Positions 1-8,508 of a DNA stretch of 64,000 nt are shown here, one piece after another. Position numbers and translations under genes: made by a program. Below the pieces are notes generated by a model, which saw only the letters and a program-made list of their open reading frames with translations, did not search any database and had not been told where the DNA came from. The stretch is from Pirellulales bacterium (lineage in GTDB: Bacteria > Planctomycetota > Planctomycetia > Pirellulales > JAICIG01). Location: the NCBI GenBank assembly GCA_040901675.1, contig JBBDYJ010000025.1, positions 159,943 to 223,942 of the forward strand. The letters run 5' to 3'. Every line of letters begins with the position of its first letter. The first letter of the stretch is position 1.

Positions 1-550
1 TCAGGCAATACAGGCTGCCGTCTTGCGAGCCCACCAGCACCTTGTCGTGGTAGAAGTTGGCGCCGGCGCTGATCTCTGCCCCCGTGTCGATGCTCCATTT
101 CTCCTGCCCGCTGGCCGCGTCGATCGCGTAGAACCGGCCGTCCGAGTCGCCGATATAGATCACGCCGTCGCGGACGGCCGGGGCGGCCTTGAACCCCAGC
201 TCGGTGGGAAACTTCCAGCGCTCGTCGCCGTTGGCCAGAGCGAGCGCATACAAGTGGCCGTCGAGGCTCGGTGCGTAAACCGTGTCGCCGACAATCGCCG
301 CCGTGGCTTCAAAGCCGCTGTCCTTGAACGACCGCTTCCACACCACCTGCAACTCGTCGGGCAGTGGCGACGCCGCGACGCCGCTCGCGCTCGCGTTGCC
401 ACGGAACACCGGCCAGGCGTCGGCGGGCGCTTGCGTCCGGACCGGCCGGCTGCTCTCGGACTCCGCCGCCGGCAAGCTCGCCATCAAAGGTCCAAGTACC
501 AAGCCCCAAGTGCTAAGTACCAACATCCGCCTTCTGCCTTCTGCCTTCAT
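1..550 (-). CDS. PQQ-like beta-propeller repeat protein (BamB-like); 3' end runs off the window
   Basis: Not in the ORF track. Manual translation gives MKAEGRRRMLVLSTWGLVLG...DAWPVFRGNASASG...VYAPSLDGHLYALALANGDERWKF...IYIGDSDGRFYAIDAASGQEKWS...VLVGSQDGSLYCL. Alternative starts at 526 and 484. Confidence 0.88.
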   Translation of the reverse strand, partial: MKAEGRRRMLVLSTWGLVLGPLMASLPAAESESSRPVRTQAPADAWPVFRGNASASGVAASPLPDELQVVWKRSFKDSGFEATAAIVGDTVYAPSLDGHLYALALANGDERWKFPTELGFKAAPAVRDGVIYIGDSDGRFYAIDAASGQEKWSIDTGAEISAGANFYHDKVLVGSQDGSLYCL

Positions 551-562
551 CCTTCTGCCTTC
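529..562. repeat. Heptamer tandem repeat (CTTCTGC-like)
   Basis: Reads cttctgccttctgccttcatccttctgccttc. Similar tracts occur at 45659-45684 and, on the opposite strand, 36917-36945. Confidence 0.7.
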
Positions 563-569
563 CTCCGCC

Positions 570-1721
570 TCACCAGGCCGCTTTGTACAGAGACAACAAT
601 TCCGCTTCTCCCACCTTACGCGGATTGAACGAGCCGGTCCACTGCCCCGTGGCATCGGCTGCCAGTTCGGGCAGCTTGTGCTCGTCGACGCCGCAGTCGG
701 AGAGACGCGCCGGCAGCCCGGCCTTGCCTGCCATGGCGGCCACCAGCTCGGCCAAGGCCTCGGGGCTGTGGCCGTTGCTCAAGGCGCCGTCACTCTGGGG
801 GGCATACTCCATCAACTCGCGATACCAGCCGCCGCACTGGGCGCCGTTAAAACGGATCACGTGCGGCAGCATCAGGCCGATGGCCTGCCCGTGTACGATG
901 CCGTAATGCGTGGTCAAGGGATTGGCCAGGGCATGGGTGGCCCCCAGCATCGAGTTCTCGATCGCCAGCCCGGCGAAGCAGGCGCCCAGCAACATGCCCG
1001 ACCGGCCCTCCAGGTCGGCCGGATCGTCGAGCACCCGCATGAAGTTCTCGGCCAGAAGCTGCCATGCCTCGCGGCTGAAGGCTAGCGAAACGGCGTTGCG
1101 CTTGCGGGTGACGTACGTCTCCAGCGCGTGCGCGATGGCATCGATCCCCGTCAGGGCCGTCACCGCCGGCGGCTGCGTCACGGTCAGTTCCGGATCGAGG
1201 ATGGCGACCCGGCAGGAGGCCTTCTTGTCGCCGCAGGCCATTTTGACGTGCGTCTGGGCGTCGGAAATCAGGGCGAACGACTGCGCCTCGCTGCCGGTTC
1301 CCGCTGTGGTCGGCACGGCGATCATGGGCAGCATCTCGCGCGTCGCCTTGCCGACTCCCCAATAATCCTGCATCCGGCCGCCGCCGGTATAGACGAAATT
1401 GATCCCCTTGGCGCAGTCCATCGAGCTGCCGCCGCCCAGCCCCACCAGCAGCTCGGGTTGGTGCCTGCGGGCCGCGGCCGCGCCCGCTTCGACATTGTCG
1501 CTGGTCGGGTTCTCTTCCACGCCGTCGAAGAGCTGCGTTTCGATGCCGGCCCGCTCGAGCGAGTCGAGCCCGCGCTGGACGTGCCCGGCCGCGACGATAC
1601 CGGGGTCGCTCACCAGCAAGGCCCGCCGCACACCCATTTCGCCCGCCAGCTCGCCCAGCGAATCGACCCGGCCGGGGCCGAACACAATCCGAGTGCGGAG
1701 TTGGAAGTCGAATGGGTTCAT
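570..1721 (-). CDS. Iron-containing alcohol dehydrogenase
   Basis: Motifs TRIVFGPG, GLGGGSSMDCAK, AVPTTAGTGSE, DAIAHALE, GATHALAN and HGQAIG. Start set to MNPFDF (ATG 1721). Confidence 0.95.
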   Translation of the reverse strand: MNPFDFQLRTRIVFGPGRVDSLGELAGEMGVRRALLVSDPGIVAAGHVQRGLDSLERAGIETQLFDGVEENPTSDNVEAGAAAARRHQPELLVGLGGGSSMDCAKGINFVYTGGGRMQDYWGVGKATREMLPMIAVPTTAGTGSEAQSFALISDAQTHVKMACGDKKASCRVAILDPELTVTQPPAVTALTGIDAIAHALETYVTRKRNAVSLAFSREAWQLLAENFMRVLDDPADLEGRSGMLLGACFAGLAIENSMLGATHALANPLTTHYGIVHGQAIGLMLPHVIRFNGAQCGGWYRELMEYAPQSDGALSNGHSPEALAELVAAMAGKAGLPARLSDCGVDEHKLPELAADATGQWTGSFNPRKVGEAELLSLYKAAW

Positions 1722-1726
1722 AATGG

Positions 1727-3190
1727 TTATCGGGCGGCCGCGGCCTGCCTGCCGGGCAAGGCCGGCAGGCGTTCGTTGGTGAGCTGGTAGGCGCGGGCAC
1801 GGAACAGGAAGTCGACGATGTTCCCCTCGTGCGGCTGCAGCCAGTCGAGCTTGATGGTCGGAATCGCCCCGATGTTCAAACGGTCGACGTGCGTGGCATC
1901 GGTCAACGCCCGCTGGAATACCTTGTCCTCGGTGATCCCCGTGCAGACCAGTGTCGGCCCGATCGAGTCGATCATCTTGTCCTGCGGACACTGGACCACC
2001 GTCGCGAACGGGAACATGTATTCCTTCTTCGCGATGGCGCTGGCCGGCGACTCGCAGTGGACCACCACCGGCCGCAGGTAGGCCGCCCGCTCCCGCTCCA
2101 CCAGCCGCGGTCCGTATTGCTCCGTCAGGTGTTCGACGCCGCTTTCTCGCAGGTCGGCTTCAATCGCCTTCCAAACGCCCTGCGCCACGCCCGGCACGGT
2201 GAAGGCCGCCAGGGCGGCGTTCGGATCCTCGGGGGGCAACGCTTCGATCGGCCCCAGTTTCTCCGCAAGGGCCTGGGCAATCTCGCGTGTGTGGCGCGAG
2301 GCCCACACGCCGGAACAGTTGATGCACCCCCGGCCGCTGTTCAGATACACGCTGTCGGCGATCAGATCGATGTATTCCTCCCAGCGGTCGACCAGGTCGT
2401 CGCCGATCAGTATCTTGCTGAAGCCCGGCCCGTGGGCTTGCACGCGCGGATCGCCCTTGTAGCGCTCGACCGTGGCCGTGCCGCCGAAGATCATGCTGCG
2501 CGAGCAGTTGGCCAGCACGGCTGCCCCCACGTCGCCGCCGCCCGGATAAATCGAGATCGCCTCGCGCGGGATGCCCGCCTCGAAGAAGGCCGACGACATG
2601 CGGTAGGGCGTCCACGGTTCCTGCGGCCCTGGCTTGAGCACCAGCCCGATTTGCATCGGGATCACCGGCAGCCACAGCGTGTGCACCCCCGGCGAATTCG
2701 AAGGCAGCACGAGTCCCAAGGCAGGCGCCTGCGCCTGGTAGCTCACCACCACGCCGCGCTGCTCCATGCCGTAGCCGTTGGTCAGAATCGAGAGGTCCAG
2801 ACCTCGCGTCAGGGCATCGAGCATCTGGTCCATGTGCGTCAGCACGTAGTAGTTCTTTTGCATGTTGCCGCGGCACATGTGCTCCGGCAACCCGGTCGAA
2901 GCGGACTGCGCGCGGGCGAACTCCTGCGGCGACTGCCGGCCGTCGCCCATCGGCAGCGTGCCGTTGAGATACAGCTCGGCCGCCTTCTTGACCCGCTCGA
3001 TCAGCTCCTCGCAGGTGAACTGGCGCAGCGCGTCGCGGGCCCGCTGGGCATGGCGCACGTCGCGCTGGAGCAGGCCCGCATTGGCCTGGCTGACCTTGGC
3101 GATCGGCTCTCCGGTGATGAAGTGCACGACCGTGTCGGTTTCCAACGACTCGTAAGGCTTGCCCCATCGCAGTGCCGGAATGTTCAGCAC
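1727..3190 (-). CDS. Aldehyde dehydrogenase / acyl-reductase fold protein (GriD/EhpG/LuxC-like)
   Basis: ALDH-like motifs VLPSNSPG, LKPGPQEP, FGGTATV, HGPGFSK, NSGRGCINCS (candidate catalytic Cys) and EYMFPF. Lies directly downstream of the EhpF-like gene. Confidence 0.8.
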   Translation of the reverse strand: MLNIPALRWGKPYESLETDTVVHFITGEPIAKVSQANAGLLQRDVRHAQRARDALRQFTCEELIERVKKAAELYLNGTLPMGDGRQSPQEFARAQSASTGLPEHMCRGNMQKNYYVLTHMDQMLDALTRGLDLSILTNGYGMEQRGVVVSYQAQAPALGLVLPSNSPGVHTLWLPVIPMQIGLVLKPGPQEPWTPYRMSSAFFEAGIPREAISIYPGGGDVGAAVLANCSRSMIFGGTATVERYKGDPRVQAHGPGFSKILIGDDLVDRWEEYIDLIADSVYLNSGRGCINCSGVWASRHTREIAQALAEKLGPIEALPPEDPNAALAAFTVPGVAQGVWKAIEADLRESGVEHLTEQYGPRLVERERAAYLRPVVVHCESPASAIAKKEYMFPFATVVQCPQDKMIDSIGPTLVCTGITEDKVFQRALTDATHVDRLNIGAIPTIKLDWLQPHEGNIVDFLFRARAYQLTNERLPALPGRQAAAAR

Positions 3191-3249
3191 GGACCGTTCT
3201 CCCGTTCCTTAACTCAGTTCACGCCGTAACGCCGTAGCTCAGCACAAGC

Positions 3250-4365
3250 TCAATACACGCCCACGGTGGTGGCCTCGGCCAGCTCGTGGAAGGGCCGCAC
3301 GCCGCTGATCCCGTCCCACGGGTATTTCTCATAAGGCGGTTCGCGCTCGCCTTCGTCACGCTCCAGAAAGCCGGGCACGAAGAACTCCTTGGTCATCGTC
3401 GTCAGCTTGACGCGCCCCGTGGCTCCATAGCCGACCAACTGGTTCGAGTCGTCGAAGTCGACCACCTCGATCACCGCCCTCGGCTGCGGCGCGTAGTAGC
3501 TGATCTTGTAACCCTCTTCGGGGCCGACCGGTTTCGAGCAGGCCAGCCCCATCAGCGTGTTTCCGTACGTGGGGGTCATGTACACGCCGTCCAAAAACTC
3601 CTCGCTGGCGAAGCGCGTCCACTGCGGCGTGAACTCGGTGCCCCCCGAAAAAATGCCCGTGATGCCCGCCTCGCGGATGCTCGAACCCTGCTTCTCCAGC
3701 GCCAAGGCCAGCGCTTCGAGCAGCTTGGGGGTCGTGAACATGCAGCGGATGTCGTGCCCGGCCCCCAGGATGGTCAGCGCCTGGTCGATGCAGTGCTGTT
3801 TGTACGCCTCCAGGTGCTCCATCCACCCCTTCTTGATCAGCTTGATCACCCAGCGGGGGTCCAGGTCGACGCAGAACGAGATGCCCCCCCGGTATTGGGC
3901 CAGGTGTTCCACCGCCAGCCGCAGCCGCCGCGGGCCGGAAGGACCCAGCATCAGCCAGTTCGAGCCGGGCGGAAAGTGCTCGTCCGGCAACGTGGCGCTG
4001 AACAGCTCGTAATCGGTGCGAAAGTCGTCGATAGCGATCCGGCTCTTGGGCACGCCGGTCGTGCCTCCCGTTTCGAAGACATAGACCGGCCGGTCCGCGA
4101 ACGCCTTGGGCACCCACCGCCGGACGGGGCCCCCCCGCAGCCATTCGTCCTGGAACGGATCGAACTTCTTCAGGTCGTCGAAGCTCTTGATCTCCTTCAG
4201 CGGGTTGAACTTAAGCTTCGAAGCATACTCCAGCCAGAATGGACAGCCCGTCGATGGGTGAAAGTGCCATTGCACCGTTTCGTAGGCCTGCTCGTCCAGT
4301 GCCTGCCGGGCCGCCTTGGCCCGCGCGGCTATATCGCCGGACGCTGACGACTGGCTGACGCTCAT
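3250..4365 (-). CDS. EhpF/GriC-like adenylate-forming enzyme (ANL superfamily, lacking the C-terminal domain)
   Basis: WHFHPSTGCPFWL, FETGGTTGVPK, DLDPRWV, TTP, GGTEF, YGNT, ERDEG and the C-terminal GVY match the motif order I recall for phenazine-modifying EhpF. GAAGGAG RBS precedes ATG 4365. Confidence 0.8.
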   Translation of the reverse strand: MSVSQSSASGDIAARAKAARQALDEQAYETVQWHFHPSTGCPFWLEYASKLKFNPLKEIKSFDDLKKFDPFQDEWLRGGPVRRWVPKAFADRPVYVFETGGTTGVPKSRIAIDDFRTDYELFSATLPDEHFPPGSNWLMLGPSGPRRLRLAVEHLAQYRGGISFCVDLDPRWVIKLIKKGWMEHLEAYKQHCIDQALTILGAGHDIRCMFTTPKLLEALALALEKQGSSIREAGITGIFSGGTEFTPQWTRFASEEFLDGVYMTPTYGNTLMGLACSKPVGPEEGYKISYYAPQPRAVIEVVDFDDSNQLVGYGATGRVKLTTMTKEFFVPGFLERDEGEREPPYEKYPWDGISGVRPFHELAEATTVGVY

Positions 4366-4594
4366 CGCGGCTCCTTCTGGCGGCACTGACGGGGAAAACG
4401 GCAAGCGGCGGGGTCTGGGCGGAGGGATTGCTGACGCTGCGCTGGTTACCCCAAACTTACTCGAATTCCACGTCTAAAACAACCACCGCGGCCCCAGTAT
4501 CCCCCGCCTCCGCTTCATCATCGTGCGCCCTAAGCAGCAACCACTGAACTACTTCGGGCCAGCCGGACTCGCCCGCATTCAGACGCTCGGTCAT

Positions 4595-5443
4595 TCACTC
4601 CAGCCACGATTTCAGCCGGTTGGCCAACGCATCCAAGACGCCTGTATAAAAATGGTCGGCCCCGGCCACCACCGCCACCTTCACGTTGGCCAATCTTAGC
4701 CCGCTCAGATCCTCCGGCAGCCGCTCGAAAGGCACCTGCTCCAGCTCGACCGAGCCGAAGGTGAACAACAGCGGGCACCGCGCGCGGTCCACGTGCTTCA
4801 ATATATTGTAGCGCTCCGCAGGGCCGTACTTGTCCAGAAATCCGGCCGCACTGACCAGGTACGGGAGCGGAAAGCTCACCCGCATCAGCTCGTCCGCTCG
4901 GCCCGCGCGGACCAGCTCCTGGGCCGCCTCGTAGTCGCGGATGAATTCCTCCCCGCGGCCGCTCTGCTTGAAATGGCCGTGCGACAGCCGCGGCGGCGAG
5001 ATGGCGGCCACACTGTGGACCGCCGGCAGCGCCTCGTGGGCCAGGCTGTAGACCGCCTTGATTGCCCCCAGGCTATGCCCGACCACGGCGATCCGCGAAA
5101 AGCCGCGTTCGGCCAGCCAGCCCACCCAGGCCGCCACGTCGTGCCGGCACTCGTCGACCGTTTCGAAGGCGGCCCCCTCCAGTCGCCGTTGTTTGCCGCG
5201 GACGCCCGGCCAGACCAGGTCGCGGCCGCGCGTGTTGACCCTGAGCACAGCCAATCCCAGACCGGTAAACCGCCTGGCGACCACGTCGAACAGGGCCGAC
5301 GAATAGAAGTTGCCTCCGGTGCCGTGCAGGCACAACATCGCGTCGGCGTGCAAGGGCGGCTGCACGGAACCAAGGGGTCTTTCGAGCGAGCCGTCCAGCC
5401 GCAGGCCGTCGGAGGTGACCACGCGCACCAATTCGGCAATCAC
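4595..5443 (-). CDS. Alpha/beta hydrolase (DUF1749-like)
   Basis: Motifs LHGTGGNF, GHSLG (nucleophile elbow) and GADHFY. GTG start at 5443 with a GAGG RBS. Confidence 0.85.
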   Translation of the reverse strand: MIAELVRVVTSDGLRLDGSLERPLGSVQPPLHADAMLCLHGTGGNFYSSALFDVVARRFTGLGLAVLRVNTRGRDLVWPGVRGKQRRLEGAAFETVDECRHDVAAWVGWLAERGFSRIAVVGHSLGAIKAVYSLAHEALPAVHSVAAISPPRLSHGHFKQSGRGEEFIRDYEAAQELVRAGRADELMRVSFPLPYLVSAAGFLDKYGPAERYNILKHVDRARCPLLFTFGSVELEQVPFERLPEDLSGLRLANVKVAVVAGADHFYTGVLDALANRLKSWLE

Positions 5444-5544
5444 GGCGGCCACCTCTGGGTCTTCTGAAGCGTGGTCTCTGAAACCCGCCAAGCGGAGATT
5501 CAATTCTGTTCGATCAGGCTGGTTACAAACGATCCAGGGCGTTC

Positions 5545-6366
5545 TTATTCTACGGCATCTTGTTCTACGGCGCGTGCCCTTCGAACGATCCGCCAACCGC
5601 CCGACCGAACAACCAGGAGCGAAGCAGCACTGATTGCTGCTTGAAAACCAAACAGCCCAGGCCAAACAACGTAGGACCAATCCGATTGCTTGTCAAAATA
5701 GAATGCATGAATCGCTCCAAGGACGAGGGTTAGTGGAAGCACGATGCCAAGGCGAATCGCTGGTCGCCCGGCACAGAGCGTGGCCCACAGGATGGCCATT
5801 TCGGTCAGGACGAGGCCGAATACGACCAGGGCCGCCGCGAGGAAGAATTCAATCTCATTTGACGATCCGAAGCCTCGGACCACTTTCCCGGCCGCCAGAA
5901 TGGCGGCAACGGCAGTCGTGACAACGAACAAGTGCCGGATTGTGAATTGCGGTCCCGGCGAGTTTGGCGGTGACGCGGCGGCTTGCAAGACCGCGAATCC
6001 TTGCCAGCGCTTTACGACGCTCAGGGCGATAAAGATTACGGCCGGCGGCAAACTACAGAGCACGAACGACCCGGGCCACACCTCCAACCACAGCGGTCCG
6101 CCGAAGGAAACAGCGGCTAGCAACGAAAGATACGCCATGGTCACGAGAACCGCGAGCGTGCGTGACCACGGTTCAGTCGTTCCCAAAGCGCCCCAGGCTC
6201 CGACTAACGTCGCTTGCGCGTAGATCAGCCCGGCGTACCAAATAGAAAGGAGATCCGGCCAGAGATACGTCCAAGCCGGCCTGCAGAGAACAAGGCCAGC
6301 GGCAAAGTGGGCCAGTAAAAGCAGGCCGATCTTAAGGCTGGAACTATCTATCCGCACTTGTGCCAT
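5545..6366 (-). CDS. Multi-pass membrane protein; candidate orphan immunity or accessory gene
   Basis: About 8 hydrophobic segments and a PQFTIRHLFVVTTAVAAILAA motif. Last gene of the Rhs locus; overlaps the upstream ORF. Confidence 0.7.
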   Translation of the reverse strand: MAQVRIDSSSLKIGLLLLAHFAAGLVLCRPAWTYLWPDLLSIWYAGLIYAQATLVGAWGALGTTEPWSRTLAVLVTMAYLSLLAAVSFGGPLWLEVWPGSFVLCSLPPAVIFIALSVVKRWQGFAVLQAAASPPNSPGPQFTIRHLFVVTTAVAAILAAGKVVRGFGSSNEIEFFLAAALVVFGLVLTEMAILWATLCAGRPAIRLGIVLPLTLVLGAIHAFYFDKQSDWSYVVWPGLFGFQAAISAASLLVVRSGGWRIVRRARAVEQDAVE

Positions 6367-6877
6367 CGGTCCCCCGCCGCCCGGATCCCGCGTCTGGACG
6401 GGCGGACCGCTCACCCTCCGGCGGCAGATTGAGCCGTACCAAGTTCAGGATGTGCTCGAAGAATTCTCCGTCGACCGTAACCATATACGAGTTGACCATA
6501 AGTGACCCACCGCCTATTAGGCTGAATCTCTCAGTGACGTTGTCGTGCCGAAAAGCAGTGATCCCCATGATCGGGACCCCGCTCAAGGCACCCGGGCGGC
6601 GCGAATACGGTTCGCCCACGAACCGTAAGGATTCCGCGAGCTGCTTGCGTTGGCCACCGTCGGTGATGACAAGAGTCATGGTGCTTGGGCAGTCCGGCCT
6701 ATCGGGCAGCGTTCCTTCGAGGCGAGCGATGTCGATCTCGACTCGGTCAGCGCCAGCCAGGGCATCCCTGATGAGCTTAGCGTCAGGTGGAGCGCTCGAG
6801 CATCCCGTGCACAAAGCGATGATGTACCACAGGCCCGGCGAGCTGCCTTTCAGGTCTTTAGCCACGAGCACCACCAT
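6344..6877 (-). CDS. Putative lipoprotein; candidate orphan immunity protein
   Basis: 177 aa with an N-terminal WYIIALCTGC lipobox-like motif. Directly follows an Rhs remnant. Confidence 0.55.
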   Translation of the reverse strand: MVVLVAKDLKGSSPGLWYIIALCTGCSSAPPDAKLIRDALAGADRVEIDIARLEGTLPDRPDCPSTMTLVITDGGQRKQLAESLRFVGEPYSRRPGALSGVPIMGITAFRHDNVTERFSLIGGGSLMVNSYMVTVDGEFFEHILNLVRLNLPPEGERSARPDAGSGRRGTDGTSADR

Positions 6878-6894
6878 GACGTGAAATGAAAAGA

Positions 6895-7208
6895 CGGTAG
6901 CGCCCTGCGCCGCTCATGCGGTGGGCATCGAAGGTAAAGGCGGTCGAGCCCCCAAAATTGTCCGAGCGGCTGGTCCGCTCCCTGAAGGCGTTGTAGCCGT
7001 GCGCAGGACCACGTTGGGCACCCCCCGGCGTGCCGGTGTTGTCTTCGCTGGTCAGCCACCCCGCCGCATTATAGCCGAAAGCGTAGGCGGAGTAAGCATC
7101 CGAGGCGCTCGTCAACTGGCTAGCAGCGTCATGGACGTAGCTTGATGGTGTGGATCGGGTTCTGGGTTCTGCGAGGCGTCGAGCCACTGCTTGGCCGTGA
7201 CGCGGCCC
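6895..7208 (-). pseudogene. Frameshifted Rhs core remnant with no toxin tip
   Basis: DNA aligns by eye to the main Rhs at ~14140-14445 (YVHDAASQLTS..DAYSAYAFGYNAAGWLTSEDNTGTPG...HGYNAFRERTSRSDN..GGSTAFTFD), with indels. Confidence 0.9.
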
Positions 7209-7211
7209 CGC

Positions 7212-7277
7212 GAATATTGGACTTATCCCCTTATCCGGCCTTATCCCCTTATCCGGCTCCGTATCCCCTTATCCGGC
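7212..7277. repeat. Junction motif C: GAATATTGGA followed by 3 x CTTATCCCCTTATCCGGC
   Basis: Read directly; the third copy has one mismatch. Abuts the 5' end of the Rhs remnant. Confidence 0.9.
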
Positions 7278-7329
7278 TCGACCTGGGAGGCTGGGCAGCC
7301 TGGGCGGCCGTCGGGCGATCCATGGAGAT

Positions 7330-8469
7330 CTATTTCGTCGCCTCGCTCCGCCGGACACCGCGGCGCTTGTACAGGACGCCAATGCCGTGTGCGGCCAGTG
7401 CGCCGGCGGTGTAGACCATGCAGCCAAGGCCGAACAGAAGCGCTACGCGGACAGGCCACGGGTACCATGCCAGACGGACATATTCCGCCCACTGCCGAGG
7501 CGGCTGATTAGGCGCGCTTGGTCCAAGAAGACCTTCATTTTGCACGAAAGCGATTAGAAGACCAACGACTGCGGTCACTGCGAGAAGCGAAACGAGCCTG
7601 AACTGGAGCAGTTCTAGGGACCTGCGGGCGAATCTTTCGACCAGGCGGCCCACGCACGCCAGCATCGCGATGGAGACAGCCAGGTTTGCCGTCGCGGCAA
7701 TGGCGAATCTCATTAACTCGCCCATCCCCCGGGGTCTATAGACCAGATCCGTAAGGCGACGGCTGATTCTGCAGGGCCAACCTAACCGCTCCCAAACAAC
7801 GTGGGAGCGCGGTGAATAGCCAGCAAAATGGCACAAGGCAAGCGCCCCGCCCACCAGCAGCACGGCCAGCCATGTCATCCAGTGCAGATGGTACCAGGGC
7901 CGCTGGGCAACTCCGTGACCACTCACCCATCGCAATGCGCGCGGAATTCTCGCACCAAGCTGAACGGCGGTGTAGATTGTGCAACCAACGCCGAACAGAA
8001 GCGGGAGCCGAACAGGCCACGGATACACCTGAAGGCTCGTGTATATTAAACGAGCACGCCGCTCGGGCTCCGGACCACTCTCCCGTTGGAAAAGGAAAAT
8101 CAGGCATGCAACCGCCACAAGCAACGCCAAAAGTCTGGTAACTCCAATGCGAGGTCCACTGACTGCCTTTCGGACGGAGTTGTCCACGGCGAACCATACG
8201 CATATCAGGATCAGGATGGAAATCTTAAAGTTTCCAACGGCCGCGGCAGTATTTGGCAACGGGGCAACGCCCGCGGGGTAAAAGGTTTCACCGACACGGT
8301 ACTCAGAACGGAGCAGGTGGACCCACGGCCATCCGAGGCGCAGCTCAACCAATCCCTTGCTACCGGAATGATGCACGCCCAGGAAATGGGACCAGCCGAG
8401 TGCGCCGCCGACAGCTAGCATTGCTAGCCAAGTAGCAAGGTGCAGCCGAGAAACACGTCGTTCGCGCAT
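7330..8469 (-). CDS. Internally duplicated membrane protein; candidate immunity for the orphan Rhs-CT
   Basis: Two homologous halves: LHLATWLAMLAVGGALG..RLGWP..YPWPVRLPLLFGVGCTIYTA and LHWMTWLAVLLVGGALA..RLGWP..YPWPVRVALLFGLGCMVYTA. Starts 40 nt after the toxin stop. Confidence 0.75.
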   Translation of the reverse strand: MRERRVSRLHLATWLAMLAVGGALGWSHFLGVHHSGSKGLVELRLGWPWVHLLRSEYRVGETFYPAGVAPLPNTAAAVGNFKISILILICVWFAVDNSVRKAVSGPRIGVTRLLALLVAVACLIFLFQRESGPEPERRARLIYTSLQVYPWPVRLPLLFGVGCTIYTAVQLGARIPRALRWVSGHGVAQRPWYHLHWMTWLAVLLVGGALALCHFAGYSPRSHVVWERLGWPCRISRRLTDLVYRPRGMGELMRFAIAATANLAVSIAMLACVGRLVERFARRSLELLQFRLVSLLAVTAVVGLLIAFVQNEGLLGPSAPNQPPRQWAEYVRLAWYPWPVRVALLFGLGCMVYTAGALAAHGIGVLYKRRGVRRSEATK

Positions 8470-8508
8470 CGGCGATGCGACCAGATAACGAGGAATTGGG
8501 AGGTCCTA

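Noticed and set aside
1727..4365. Bioluminescence luxCE genes
   Set aside because: There is no luxAB or luxD here, and the motifs fit EhpF/GriC better than LuxE.
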